DNA from: Eledone cirrhosa
Taxonomy: Eukaryota
DNA length: 64,000 nt
Direction: 5' to 3'
NCBI GenBank assembly: GCA_964016885.1
Contig: OZ024745.1
Coordinates: 114,018,001 to 114,082,000 of the forward strand
This document shows positions 29,946 through 44,146 of this stretch, piece by piece (the first letter of the stretch is position 1; each line of letters begins with the position of its first letter). The notes beneath the pieces are model-generated. The model had not been told where the DNA came from and did no database searches. It saw only the letters and a program-made list of their open reading frames with translations. Made by a program: the position numbers and the translations under genes.

Positions 29946-30000
29946 AAATGAATACGAAAATATGTGTGAATATATGTATATATGTATGTATGTATGTATA
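29700..30000. repeat. Two consecutive (TA)n-centred palindromes built from the same ~50-bp arm
   Basis: Arm catatattcacacatattttcgtattcatttcca and its reverse complement alternate +,-,+,- around (TA)n spacers. Confidence 0.85.
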
Positions 30001-30829
30001 TGGGTGTGCGTGTTTGTGTGTGTGTGTGTAGTTATGTATATGGTGTCTCTGAGTATGTTTGTGCGTGAGTGTGTGTGTGTGTGTGTATGTGTGTGTATGT
30101 GGGTGAGCGTGCGCGAGTAATTCTATGCACAATTACCACTATTCTGTATAGAAATATAAAAGTTAGAATGTTCAACAGAGAACTGTATGATATGAAGGTT
30201 TAAGATGACGACAGAAAAATATGCAATAATTCCGTTTGCTTGTCACATCCTCTGGTTTTCACGCCTACTTTTCTCCTATTTTATAGTTTCTAATGATCAG
30301 TTAGTACTGGAAGTGGAGGAAGATGGGATCGGTAGAAGGAAACTCTCATCCGCCATTTTTCTGCCACTTGATGGAGACAGTTGCCCTTAATTAAATAAGT
30401 GGTGCCAATGACTAGCTTTCACGAGCATTGTCTAAACAAAGCACCGAACAGACGATAATAATTCGATAAAGTTTCTTTGATACAGGCTTAACCAACTCCT
30501 TTCCTTCTCCTTACAACCACTTTAATCTCCCACCTTCTTTCATTTTCTATTTTTCGATCTTTCCTCACTTACATGCATCGGTGTACTTCTATTTTGCCTT
30601 ATGTTCATACGCATAGTACTACTTCTGCGTGTATGTGTGTGTGAGTACGTGAAGATGTGTTTATATACTTGCACGTGAGTGTTTGGTGTTCTGCTGTTCA
30701 TGTAATGTGTGTATGCGTGTATCTAGTATGTATGTACGATGTATTTAAGTGTTATAAATTGTTTCTTTTTTTTTATTTTGTCAACAATTCCACTTCTAAT
30801 ATCTTCTTCCAATTTACATTTTCTATTCT

Positions 30830-31730
30830 ATAATGTTGTCTTATTTAGACACAAGGCCAGCAATTTCCGGGTAGGGTAAATCGATTACATCGACCCCAGT
30901 ACTCGACCTTTACTTTATTTTATCGATCGTGGAAGAATGAAAGGCAAACTTGTTCTCGGTGGGATATGAACTCAGAACGAAACAAATGCTGAAAAGTATT
31001 TTGTCCGACGTTCTGTCAATCCACCGCCCTAATAATGGTTCTTATATAGGCACAAGGCCAGTAATTTGGGGGGAGGGGAAAGTCGATTAAATCAACCTCA
31101 GTGCGTGACTGGTACTTTATTTTATCGACCCCATAAGGGTAAAAGGCAAAGTTAACCTCGGCGGGATTTGAACCAGATCATAAAGAGCCGTAACTCTATG
31201 CTGCAAAGCATGGCGTCCGACCCTCTACCGATACTGCCAATCCACCGCCCTCTCACCACCGCCCTAATAATGATTTCTACTATAGGTACAAGGTCAGTAA
31301 TTTGGGAGGAGGGGAAAGTCGATTAAATCGACCCCCAGTACGTTACTGGTACTTTATTTTATCGACCCTGTAAGGATGAAAGGCAAAGTTAAACTCGGCG
31401 GGATTTGAACTCAAACCGTAACGGGACGTAACTCTATGCTGCAAAGCATGGTGTCCGACTCTACCGATACTGCCAATCTACCGCCCTTGCCAATTCACAG
31501 CCCTAATAATAATAGTTTCTCAGGAGAAAGTCGATTAAATCGATCCCAGTGCGTGACTAGTACTTATTTTATCGACCTCTTAAAGCTGATAGGCAAACCT
31601 AACCTCGGCGGAATTTGAACTCAGAACGTAAAGGGACGTACCTCTATGCCACTAAACCATATTTTCCGGCGTTTTAACGATTCTATCAATTCACCACCCT
31701 AATAGTAATAATAATTGTTTCTACATTTGT
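30830..31730 (-). mobile_element. Cluster of four to five head-to-tail SINE copies of different ages
   Basis: Repeated SINE bodies joined at ccgccctaataat. Confidence 0.85.
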
Positions 31731-31733
31731 CAC

Positions 31734-31786
<53 letters not shown>

Positions 31787-32273
31787 TTGATGGTATCGGT
31801 AATAGTATTTGGTGATAATAGGAGTAGTGAACCGTCAGTTAAATAAATATATACACAAATGCGCATCACTGCAACAAACACCCAGATACAAATGCACAGA
31901 CATAGTAAATTATAAGAGAGCAAAATAGGCAGATGTAGAGGGTGAGGGAGAAACTGTGTTATATGAGAGGCTAGGAAAGAAACGACCAGCACTTAACAAT
32001 GACAAGAGAGTTATAATGTTTCATGAGAAAGAGAGGTGGCTGGTTTCATTGACACTTCACACAGACAACAAGACAGTGACGTGTACACTGCCATCTTGCC
32101 ACATCAGGTAATTGCTGATAAAAACTCTTCACCACTGACATCCGTTCTACTAATCTATACAACAGCTGACGTTTCCACCTTCCTCTAGTTTCGTTTTCGT
32201 CTCAGAACACACGCTTACATATACAAACATGTTGTCCATCTACATGCGCACGCTCACACAGACACAGACACAG

Positions 32274-32413
<140 letters not shown>

Positions 32414-32738
32414 TGTATATATGTGATTGGGTGTTTGATTGCTTTTCCCTTTTTCTTTCCATTTTAGATTATTTCGGTGCATTTTTCTCTTTTTTCCTTT
32501 CGTTCATTCTGTCCAATGAAGAACATATGTCCGAAACGTTAAATGTATTTCTATATCTTTAGGCTTTTCATTCTATTTATATAGATATGTATCTGTAAAC
32601 ACACACTCACACACACACATACAAATGTGTAGAGAGAGGTAGATATATAGATATAGATGTGTGGGTGTGGGGGTGTGGGTCTCTATCTGAGCACAACACA
32701 CATACACACACACGCACACAGACACGCAGACACGCGCG

Positions 32739-32809
<71 letters not shown>

Positions 32810-32902
32810 GAGTTAAACAAGATCCAATGAGTATATCAAAGAATGAGTTTTACAGTAGATTGGAAGCACTCTACGGCAAAAAATAATTTCCCAGAGTTAT
32901 TA

Positions 32903-33140
32903 ATATTAAAATACAAATATTAATAAAACAGATGTTCTTTTGATCAATTACATTTTATTATACATATTTCGGATGTACAACAGTACCTTGATTAAATCTT
33001 AACCACTTAACATCTCAGGGTATGTCATGTATCATTATATTTTGTCTGATGAGGACGTACTGTTGTACATCCGAAATATGTATAATAAAATGTAATTGAT
33101 CAAAAGAACATCTATTTTATTAATATTTGTATTTTAATAT
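32903..33140. mobile_element. Inverted repeat (84-bp arms, 70-bp spacer), probable Penelope-like remnant in (TA)n
   Basis: Arms 32903-32986 and 33057-33140 with one mismatch. The right arm starts within hammerhead stem II. Confidence 0.7.
33040..33090 (+). ncRNA. Hammerhead-like motif, partly decayed
   Basis: CTGATGA-ggacgtac-tgtt-gtacatcc-GAAA-tatg-TA. Core and stem II are good; stem I pairs poorly. Confidence 0.55.
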
Positions 33141-33243
33141 ATATATATATTATAAAGTAAAATGGCAGGAGGTCGAGCAAATTGAATTCCCCTAATTATT
33201 TATTTCTGCAAACTCTATACACATTTCAGTGGCCGAGTTGCGT

Positions 33244-33342
<99 letters not shown>

Positions 33343-35237
33343 TATGTATTTATAAACTTAACATAAATTATGAATTTAATAGCAGAAACCTTTGTTTAAA
33401 CAACTATTATTATACTATTTTAAATCTATATTTGTATCTTAATTTGGGAGAGGGAAGCTTTGACTTCCTGTGGTGTAATAATTCCTTCTTTCAAACAAAG
33501 ATACAAATCTTGTTCTTCGGTACTAAGTACTTCCACTAATATCTTACCGCAACATATTTCCTTTTTATTTGATGTATAGACAATGATTAAATCCAAGGTT
33601 TATGAATATATAAACAATATAAACAATATATATGTGATATCAAATATAAATTGTATTAAACAAAGCAAAATTAACATCCACGCACACATACATATACCAC
33701 GCTCGTACAGACACAGGGATTTGTATTATATTTAAATAATTATACCATTATATTTAAATAAATATACCATATTGAAACATGTAACAATATTTTGATTTCA
33801 ATCCTTCGCACAAGCCTCACCTTTGATGAGGATATATTAGACTATATTTACCCCCCTCCCCCCGCCCCGTGGTTCTCCAGTTCAAAGGTGCCTTACTTTA
33901 ACCCCCTCCCCCCATCCATCAGTATTAGAGTCCCTAAACTTATTATATTCGACTTTTTCCTTCTGACTAAGCGATAAAACTTTGGCTTTTTTAGCTGCAA
34001 TCCACCAGTTAATTATCACTTGTTCTACTCGTTCTTCTTCCAATTTTATACGGATCTAAAACAACAAAACACATCCAAATCCTCCTTCCCAATTAACTCT
34101 CTCCCTACCACATACACACTTAAACCAAACAGGAAATCTTTTCCGAGTATTTAACTTAAAAAAAGGATTGGTCCATCACTATCAAATCCTCAAACTTTTT
34201 AAGTCTCCTTCGTCTACACTTGCACAAATTTAATGGAATATATGACATGTAATTCCATTTCCAACAAAGGCAATCCAAATGACAGAACGACAATCAACCG
34301 GGTGTTAAATCGTAAGCCATAAAACTACATTCATCATTACCTTCAGACACTCACTTTCCAAATTGACCACTATGTGGGTTCTTTATGAATCTTACACTCC
34401 TACGCCACATACACAAGTGGTCCTAGCAGAATTTTGGCAAATGTAAATTTGTGACCTTTGACATGTTACGTTTCTTGCTGATCCGTGATTGATCAGGCAT
34501 ATAAAGAAAAGCATTCTAGTTGTGATTATCTATTCTATTTAGACCGCTTATCTCAGATGTTTATTTTTATTACTTTTAGCACAAAGCTAGCAATTTGAAG
34601 GGAAGGGAAAAGTCAATTAAATGGACCCTGGTGACTTACGGATGCTTTATTTTAATGTCTCCGTATGGATGAAAGGAAAAGTTAACCACAGCGAAATTTG
34701 ATCTCAGAAGGTTAAGCATGCTGTCCGAAGCTCTACCAATACTGCCAACCCACTGCCCTCAATATGACGTTTTATTAATGATAGATTTTTTTTTTTTTTT
34801 ATTTGGTAACTATTTCTGAAAAATCGTGTCACCATGCAAAATCCTCTTCATTTAGTTCTGAGTTCAAATCCCACTGAGGTCTACGGTCATTTTCATCCAT
34901 CTGGGATTGATTAAATATAATAACAGTCAAGAACTGAGTTGACTTAATCAACTATCACCCCCACCCACCCCACCCACCCCACCCATACCTTTGGAAAATT
35001 ATGGACTTTTGTCTGTGTTAAAAAATAACATTGAATCGAACCCAATTCATATGACGATCCACAGGAGAATAAACCGATTTCGATTAAATTTGAACCTATA
35101 GTGTAAATAGTTCGTTCGATAACCTATTGTTATTGCTTTGCCTGTGGATTATATTTCACCATTGTATAAATACAAAATATTTGTAGATATTAAAGTTATA
35201 GTCGTTACTTTTCTCTCTAAGTATGTGTGCGCATGTA

Positions 35238-35306
<69 letters not shown>

Positions 35307-36139
35307 GGCATTTTGTTAATGTACGTAAATCTAATTTACATTGTGTGTATATAAGTATGTATAAACATTTATACGTATGCATATCTATGTGTGAATATGT
35401 AGTAATATCGGTACAGTCATCAATTAGATAAATACAAGGACAGATTGGTATCTTTCCTTGTCTTGTACGGTTTTTTTTTACGTCTTATCCTTTATTCCAT
35501 ACATCAGATGTAAACAGATTATGAAATATACTATACAACCTTCACTTTAAATAAAATTATTAAACATTGATTCGCTGCCTCGCTAGCCTGTTTGTTTGTT
35601 ATATAGTCTATGACTAAGCGTCTGTGTATGATTACATTCATGTATACATACTGTATATATTTATTTCATTTAATTATAGATAAATTTCAAGACTGCTGGT
35701 GCCTTATATCTAACGTCCTTGTTTGTTTTACTTTATCATTTTTTCTTTACTTTCTATTTTCTAAAGTTTCCAAAATTTTAAAATTTTGAATACTATTTGT
35801 GTAAAAATAAAATAAAATAATAAACCGGGAAAATATAATTTTTAAAAAATGTAAAGTAAAAAATATTAGCTTCCTTGAAATTATACAAACAACCATGTGC
35901 GCGAACATATGCACACAAACACACACATATGTGCACACACACATGTATAAAACACATACACATACATACACACATATATATATATACGTACGTATATAGA
36001 TACATACATACATACATACATACATACATACATACACTCATACATACATACATACATACATGCATACATACACTCATACATACATACGTACGTACGTACG
36101 TACGTACATACATGCATACATACACTCATACATACATAC

Positions 36140-36460
36140 TGGCACTCCGTCGGTTGCGACGACGAATGTTCCTGTCGATAGGAACAACGGAACAACCAAA
36201 TCGTGAAATTAACGCACAATTAACGCACATTCCACAGACATGCTTACCTTTAACGTAGTTCTCAGGGAGATTCAATGTGACACAGAATATGACATGGCTG
36301 GCCCTTTTAATTATAAGTACAACTCGTTTATGCCAGCTCGTTAATGCTGAGTGGATTGGAGCAATGTGAAATAAAGAGTCTTGCTCAAGAACACAACGTG
36401 CCGCCGGGGGAATAAAACTCGTGAGCCGAGTACCCTAACCCTTAGTCCACGTGCCTTTAT
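36140..36460 (-). mobile_element. Second SINE family, CORE-like; decayed relatives near 4090-4270, 6965-7135, 21400-21620 and 53000-53300
   Basis: Minus strand gtgttcttgagcaagactctttatttcacattgctcca resembles the CORE-domain pattern. Confidence 0.55.
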
Positions 36461-36470
36461 ACATTCATAC

Positions 36471-36566
<96 letters not shown>

Positions 36567-36642
36567 GCGCATATATATATATATATATATTTATGTAGAA
36601 GTTGTATATGGGTACGTCTCTATTTATAAAACAAACTTTGTA

Positions 36643-36703
36643 TTTTATCTGATGAAAGCGTACCAATGGTGTCTTGGTTGCCCTTGAAATATATATAATA
36701 AAA
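36643..36703 (+). ncRNA. Hammerhead-like motif, decayed
   Basis: CTGATGA-aag...accaa-tggtgtc-ttggt...ctt-GAAA-tata-TA, next to (TA)n. Confidence 0.4.
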
Positions 36704-36747
36704 TAAATATGGTTTTATAAATATAGTTTCCCTTTATTTAATATCAT

Positions 36748-36794
<47 letters not shown>

Positions 36795-36964
36795 TTGGTG
36801 TTTCTTTGCAGTTTCTCTAACATTTTATCTCTCGTTTATGTTTATCACACGTGGTTGGTGGCTTGCGTCATTGCTAAGTACAAGGGGTGCAACTGGTTTT
36901 AACTTTGTAAAAAAACTGAGTTTTGGTTTGAATTTATTTATAAAATAGTCTTTCCTTACTAATC

Positions 36965-37469
36965 CACAGTAAGTAGGGTACTCAATACATAGCAGAGTAA
37001 AAGTAATTTAATATAGAAATGGCTTCTACAGGACTAGAACTGTTTCATTCGGAGAAAATCATCAGAAAGCCGACTGTCAATGTAATTTTCTGGTAGTTAT
37101 ACATTTTGTCATGGTAAGGGAAGGGTAGTGGATTAGAGGTCATGGTGGGATTAAATTATGGGGATTCTTAGAAAAAACAAAATTTATTTACAAAGGTTAT
37201 TTATTCAAAGCTGTACTATAGAATAAGATAGTGTTTATTTCAATTGCAACTTGCCACTAAACTTCTTTCTTTCTCTAAATAAATTTTGTTTTTTCTAAGA
37301 ATCCCCATCCTTTAATCCCACCATGACCTCTACCACCACCACGCCCAACCACTACACTTCCTTTACCATGACAAAATGTATAAATACCAGAAAATTGCAT
37401 TGACAGTCGGCTTTCTAAGAATTTCCTCCGAATGAAAAATTTCTAGTCCTGTAGATGCCATTTCTATAT
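36965..37469. mobile_element. Penelope-like inverted pLTR pair with a one-sided tail
   Basis: Arms 37011-37190 and 37276-37469; hammerhead in both (the right one mutated). Tail 36965-37010 is shared with 52400-52445. Confidence 0.7.
37021..37071 (-). ncRNA. Type I hammerhead ribozyme, same family as 52507
   Basis: Minus strand reads ggcttt-CTGATGA-ttttctccgaat-GAA-acag-ttctagtc-ctgt-A-gaagcc. Stem I differs from the 52507 copy but still pairs (covariation). Confidence 0.78.
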
Positions 37470-37502
37470 AAAATATATATATACAGTATATATAAACGAT
37501 AA

Positions 37503-38310
37503 ATGGAAAAAATGAAACGAAATTTCATTTCTCCCTCTTAGTACGGCTGTTACTTAAATATAAGTATGTATACGTACATACATATATGTATACAGACGTA
37601 CAGTAGTATGTATATATATACATACATGCACACATATATATGTACGTATGGATTTACCGAACATTTATTATAATGCTCGGTTTGTTTCTAAACAAACATC
37701 CCGAATTAAGCCGTACAGTGTTTAGCAACCATCGTTGCCCTTTTGTTCAACACTGACAAAGGAACGATGTACTAGTTTCAAGCTTATACATATATGTATG
37801 TACGTATACATACTTATATTTAAGTAACAGCCGTACTAAGAGTGAGAAATGAAATTTCGTTTCATTTTTTCCATTTTTCGTTTTCGGTGCGCCCGGCCGA
37901 TTAACTCACTCGATATGCAAATTAGGCTGCTCAGCCGTTAATGTGCATAAGGAAAGTATATACTTTCAGACGTTCAGTCAACTGGCAGGAAGGTATACGG
38001 TGCTGACGATAGCTAATAATCTTGAAACTAGTACATCGTTCCTTTGTCAGTGTTGAACAAAAGGGCAACGATGGTTGCTAAACACTGTACGGCTTAATTC
38101 GGGATATTTGTTTACCAAAAAAACGAGCATTATAATAAATGATCGGTAAATCTATACGTACATATATATATATGTGTGCATGTATGTATATATATACATA
38201 CTACTGTACGTCTGTATACATATACATATATGCATGTGCGTATACATATCTATATTTAAGTAACAGCTGTACTAAGAGTGAGAAATGAAATTTCGTTTCA
38301 TCTTTTCCAT
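37503..38310. mobile_element. Penelope-like/retrozyme-like unit with an inverted arm plus a partial direct repeat
   Basis: 37503-37782 is the reverse complement of 38021-38310; 37785-37874 is a direct repeat of about 38225-38310; hammerhead at 37997. Confidence 0.65.
37997..38039 (+). ncRNA. Minimal hammerhead ribozyme with weak stem II
   Basis: acggtg-CTGACGA-tagctaataatctt-GAA-AC-ta-GT-A-catcgt. Stem I is 6 bp; stem III is the palindrome ACTAGT. Confidence 0.65.
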
Positions 38311-38969
38311 ATATATATACATATATATACAGACACATATATATACACATACACACACACACAGATATATATATATTTATATATATGTGTGTGTGTGTGT
38401 GTGTACAATAGTGTTAAGACATGGCTAGGTCAGCAGGCATAACCCTTTTTCAGGGCTTTCGAAACTGATGAAAGGAAGAGGCGAAGTTATCTTGAAACCG
38501 GAGAAATGGTCTGAAATGGTCTGAAATGGTCTGAAATGCTTACAATGAAGTGGACTCCGTTACAACCACACAAGGTCTGTGTGTTGACGTTAAACAGAAT
38601 GACAGATTAAGTCTACCACCCCAACATATTACAACGATATTTGAACTCAGAACGCAAAGAGCCGGAACAATTACCGCATGGTATCTCTTCATACGTTCTA
38701 ACAGCTACCCTAATACATCGCCAAAGACAGGTACAATATTTTGTCAATCCCCCAAAGGTTAAAAGACAAAATGGGATTTGAACTCACAGCGAGATTATGG
38801 TAAACTTTTTCCTGGCCAAAGCTGTGCCTTTTACGCATGTTCAGGGTGATTATATACAGTATCAATTTCACCATTCTGATGGAATAAAAATATACAGGTT
38901 GATAAAACTGATATCGAGCCATCTAAATGTCTTTGCACCAACACTCTTACTGCTGCTACTATCATTGCT

Positions 38970-39160
38970 AATAATTGTTACTACTTTTGGCACAAGGCCA
39001 ACAATTAATCCAGTACATTACTGGTACTTTATTTTATTGACCACGTAAGGATGAAAGGCAAAGTTAACCTCGGCGGGATTTGAACTCAGAATAGCAATGG
39101 CCGTAACTCTATGCGTCAAAGCATGGCGTCCGACCCTCTACCAATACTGCCAACCCACCA
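38970..39160 (-). mobile_element. SINE copy
   Basis: Same family. Confidence 0.85.
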
Positions 39161-40110
39161 TTGCTTATAATGCTGCTGCTACTATTGCTACTGTTTAATA
39201 TTCAGTGAGAGCAATTCTGTTTAATCCTGTCGATCTTGGTTTCTCTAAGACCATGATAATTCTTCTTAGTCCCTCTGCTAATCCAATTCAGTCTTCTTAA
39301 GATTCTGGTATGACAATAGACCCATTGTTACATATTATCCTTGGTGGCTAACTCTACTCTTTACTTATTGACTTTATATATATATATATATAATATGATA
39401 TATATACTCTCCTTACTATCCTTGCTTTCATATTTCTCCTTGCTCTCCATTTCTCATTGTATTAATATATAAAGAAATACATAGATACAAGGAAAGCAAG
39501 GAGAGCAATGAGAGAAGGAGGGAAAGGAGAAAATGAAATCAATGAGAAAAGGAGAGCAAGCAGAAAATGAGAACAATGAGAAAGGGAGAACAAGAAGAGC
39601 AAGGAGGGCAAGGAGAGAAAAGGGGAGGGGGATTGGAGTATGAGGAGGAGACAAGCATATATACATATATCAGTATGTCGTTATATATATATATATATAT
39701 ATACAATGTATATATATATATTTGCTGGGGTTGCCTGGATGTGTCCACATAAATTTCTCTAAGAAGAAAAAAGAAAATGGTCGAGATAGAGAACAGTATA
39801 CTGGTTTTGAACAGATTTATTCGTTGCGTATACTATGTTCCAACTTCCATGCGTTTGAAGGTCACCTAACAGTTGTCCGATTGAGCTGAAAATCTGCACA
39901 CCCCGTTTTTTTTGTTTTTTTTATTTTAATTTTTGTTGATTGGAACAGGATTAGTTGGTGGGAGCAGCAAGATTTTAACTTCTGGAAAATTACCTATTGC
40001 TAAGGCCCACCCTAATGTATATATATACACACACACAGCATGGATTCAGCCTAACGGCAGCAACACTTAATGGAATATTATAAACACACACAAGCAAACG
40101 CACGCAGACG

Positions 40111-40202
<92 letters not shown>

Positions 40203-41168
40203 CACACGCACACACACTAATGTAATAAACGAAGTAGCAGAAAAACAAAAACATACAGAAGATGGTGCGAAGCTAAGGAGATGTGAAAACCACCAGTACA
40301 TAACGTTTCCGGCTCCGCTTTTTTCAGAAGTTAGAAAGAGAGGAAAAATCAAGAAAGCTAGAAAAAAATAAAGAAAGAAAAACACATGTTGGTTTATTTT
40401 TAAACCAATGCGATTATAAAGGGGGAATAAGCGAGAGTTTTGTCAACGGTTGACTAAACTTGTGGTATCAATAACATAATTGTTTCTATTTTAGGCACAA
40501 GACCAGCAAATACCCAGTGCATTACTGGTACTTTATTTTATCGACCCTGTAAGGATGAAAGGCAAAGTCAACCTCGGCGGAATAACATAATAGTAGTTAG
40601 AAGATGCCATTTCGATTGATGAGACTGCTTTCCTTGTGCTGTGTCAAGTTGTTATTCTGTTTAGATATAGAGAAGCTAAATTGACATAAAAAGATTGATT
40701 GGTTGTTGTTGTTGTTGTTGTTGTTGTTGTAGTTGTTGTTGATGGTGGTGTTGATGGTGGTGGTGGTGGTTGTGGTGGTTCAGATCACACTTGCGCAGGT
40801 TTTGCCGGCCTCATCTGAAACTGAATCATATATGTTCTGCGTTGAAGTCTTGCCAGTGGAGAAATTGCCTCTATGGCGGGTAAAGTATATATAAGGAATA
40901 TATAGTGATCGATTCAATTGACAATACATCACACAAATGTATCGACAAATTTATAACAAGCACGTTTCTACAGTTGGACTGAATATCCATTTTGTTTTGA
41001 TTCTATATTGAATTTTATCTGCACTTATATTCATTCAAAGTTTTGAAGGATGAATGAATATCACCACAATCATAATCATAAATATTATCTCATTTATTAT
41101 TATTATTATGTGAAATCATGATAGGTTTTAACCAAATGACTAATTTGTACTAGTTTTTCTATACTCAG

Positions 41169-41369
41169 CCGTCCAAAATGAGCGCCAGCCACGAAACACG
41201 GCACAAGTTCGACACGATCAAATTGAATCAGAGATCGATCACGCCTTAACGGCAAACAGTGCAACAGTTTCAGCAACTCACCCAGCTTTTAGTCCAGGAG
41301 CTAACCACCGATTTATGGCAAGCCTAATGTCTGCAGAGACATGTGCGAAGCTGGAACCGGATGATGGAG
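41169..41369 (+). CDS. NR2E3: Nuclear receptor PNR/NR2E3 (Hr51-like) exon: T-box/hinge, (A)VQNERQPRNTAQVRHDQIESEIDHALTANSATVSATHPAFSPGANHRFMASLMSAETCAKLEPDDG
   Basis: Translated by hand; this frame is missing from the ORF track. AVQNERQPR and HxFMASLxxAETCAKLEP are characteristic of PNR/NR2E3. Acceptor tttttctatactcag|, donor |gtcagt. Phase 1-1, 201 nt, joins in frame to 44884. Confidence 0.93.
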
Positions 41370-41804
41370 GTCAGTATAAAATTCCCCCTTTCTCTCTGTT
41401 TCTCTCCCTCTCTCTCTCTATATATATATATATATCCACCACCACCACACTCTCAAGAGCGTGAAACTAATAAACCTTTGTTCGTATTGCCTCTCTGTTT
41501 TGTTCCCGTTCAATTTTTTACTATATATATATATATATACATGTGTGTGTGTGTGAGTGTGAGTGTGTGTGTATGAGTGTGTGTGTGTGTATTATATATA
41601 TATATATATATATACATATGCATATATACACACATACATAGGCACACATAACTATGCACACACACACTCACACACACATACGTATGTACGTATATACACG
41701 GTGTAAGAGTTTTGAATAACAAAAAAAAACATTAACTGAATGACTAAATGGGGCACTCAGTACATGTAGGTAGGGTGTAAAATTATTTTCTGAAGTAGAA
41801 TGTG

Positions 41805-41847
41805 ACATTGACCTCGAGTTTTCAGCTATCGCTTCATCAGGCAATAT
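41805..41847 (-). ncRNA. Hammerhead-like motif, decayed
   Basis: attgc-CTGATGA-agc-gata-gct-GAAA-a-ctcgag-GTC-aat. Palindromic stem III loop; stem I out of register. Confidence 0.45.
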
Positions 41848-42492
41848 ATATAACTGATCAAACAACTTACCTATGTCAAAGTGGATTACGCTCAATATAA
41901 TGAGTATAGAGTAAATTTATACATATTTGAACATTCTCAAATCTTTCTCAAACCATGTGACCCCTAGTTTTAAAGACACTCTGAAGTTCTTATGGTCATA
42001 AATTGGTAGACACTTCACCGTTTACATTCTATTTCCTCATCCCTTTCTTCTCATCCCACTTTTCTTCTTTTACATTGTGGAAGGCAAGCAGTGCCCTGTG
42101 TTGAGTACGAAGTGAAAAGTCTTCAATATGTTGTTATATATAATGTATTGACAAGATGCGACGAAGAATGAGAAAGATTCAATAATCGTGGAGATAAAGA
42201 GAAGGAGAAAGAATGAACAGATATGATGGGACTAAAATGTATAGAGGTAAACCCAAACAAAATGAAGCAAAACAAAACATATTAATGATATCTATGGAGT
42301 TGTGGACGGTGTATGAATGATACCTGGGTGCTAGGTGCATGGTGAATCACAAAAGCAATGGAGAAAGCTAAGTAAGGCATGTTGAACGTGTTCAACATAA
42401 TAATTGTTTCTATTTTGGCGCAAGGCCAGCAATTCGAAGGGAAGGGGAAAGTCGATTAAATCGATCCCAGTGAGTTACTGGTACTGTTATTT

Positions 42493-42691
42493 TATCCAGC
42501 AGGAGACCTAGGGGAAGAATCTGAGCAAAATGATTGGATAATATCCATGAGCTCGTCTGGTCTCGTTTGGGGATCCAGACGAATCAATTGGAGACGGTTG
42601 TTTCTGACAGGAGACGCTGGAAGGTGTGCTTCAGGTCTATGCCACAACGACTCTCTCAGGAAGAAGAAGAAGAAGAAGAAGAAGAAGAAGC

Positions 42692-42720
<29 letters not shown>
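42493..42720 (+). mobile_element. RTE-like LINE 3' end with (GAA)n tail
   Basis: Reverse complement of 10504-10809 with few substitutions. Confidence 0.7.
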
Positions 42721-42722
<2 letters not shown>

Positions 42723-43210
42723 TTGCTGCTACCACCATCATTACCATTATTGTCATTATGTCCATCATCATATCTAACGCGACTGTTCTCTTCCTCACTA
42801 CCTCCACTGGCACCACCAATCAGTCCGGCTCACAAAACACAAATAGCAACAGTGTATATAATGGAAGAGTCTGCTATGGCTGAAACATCATGTCAGATGC
42901 TGAATTGTTGTCGAATCTACAGGCGTGAAATTTGTTGGTATTGACGATTTCACGTTGAGAAACAATAACAAAAACAAAAGGAAATCTTAAATATTCCTAC
43001 ATTACTACATGTCAAGTATTATTGCTACATTTGCATCTTGCAGTTGTTGTTACTACTAATGTAACACTGTTATTTGTGTTGTACAGTTTGTGCATAAACT
43101 TTGTATTTCGTCATGATGAGTTTTCTTCTGCTTCGTGACATATTCTTGTCTTGCCTCAAGACGTTTAACACGGTGTAAGTAATAAGTATATCAAGTCACG
43201 ATCATTTAAC

Positions 43211-43296
<86 letters not shown>

Positions 43297-43654
43297 CACC
43301 CTCTATCTCCCTCCCCTCCCCCTCTCTCTCTCTTGCTTCTTCTCTCACCCTCTCTCTCTTTCTTGCTTCCTCTCTCTCTCTCTCTTGTTCCATCTCTGTA
43401 TCTCTCTTCATCTACCTCTCTCTCTCCCTCTCTCAGTTTTTCCCTAGGTCTTTCTCAGGATGTAGACGTAAACATGGGCGCGCACACATACATGCAACTT
43501 ACACACATACAAGTATGCATACATACAGGCATACATACATACATACATACATACATACATACATACATACATACATACATACATACATACATGCATACAT
43601 GCATACATACATACATACATACATACATACATACATACATACATAGATACATAC

Positions 43655-44146
43655 ATGGTGGCTGCCAACTCGTTTTCGAGTACGGCCACTACTTTATATC
43701 CATGTAGGAGAACCCCTACCAATGCGCTGAACGAGTGTGACTTTTTAGTCCAGCCAGCGACTTGAAAACTCTGGTACAAACACTACACTTGTGACAATTA
43801 TTGACACATAGTGCTGGGCCCATGGTACCATGTGACGACAAGTGCAGAGAGATCTCCAGATATAAAGCAATGCCTGTGCTGTGAAGCTTTTATAGTGAGC
43901 AAAGGCACTGCACAAAGCCAGTCCCACTCTCTTAACCAAGATGATATTTACCAAAAAGAAGAACAAGTCAACATCATTGGATACCATCAGGGTTGCAGGT
44001 GTTATATCAGAGTTTTCCTTCTCCTAGAATTCTGCCTTGACAAAGGCTAAGGGGTCATCTCTCCCGGTGATTTTGGATGGCCATTGACTCTTAAGAGCTC
44101 CTTTGCCCTTTGACAGGTTTTGTTTTTAGTCCTGCAGGATGTCCAA
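43655..44146 (-). mobile_element. Second copy of the 2985-3536 repeat, embedded in (CATA)n
   Basis: The ORF track shows the same peptides on opposite strands (MVSNDVDLFF.., MLGPWYH..). Confidence 0.8.

Noticed and set aside
38465-38540. CTGATGA...GAAAC motif followed by a 10-bp tandem repeat (gaaatggtct)
   Set aside because: No NUH site or stem I in register; too decayed to call.
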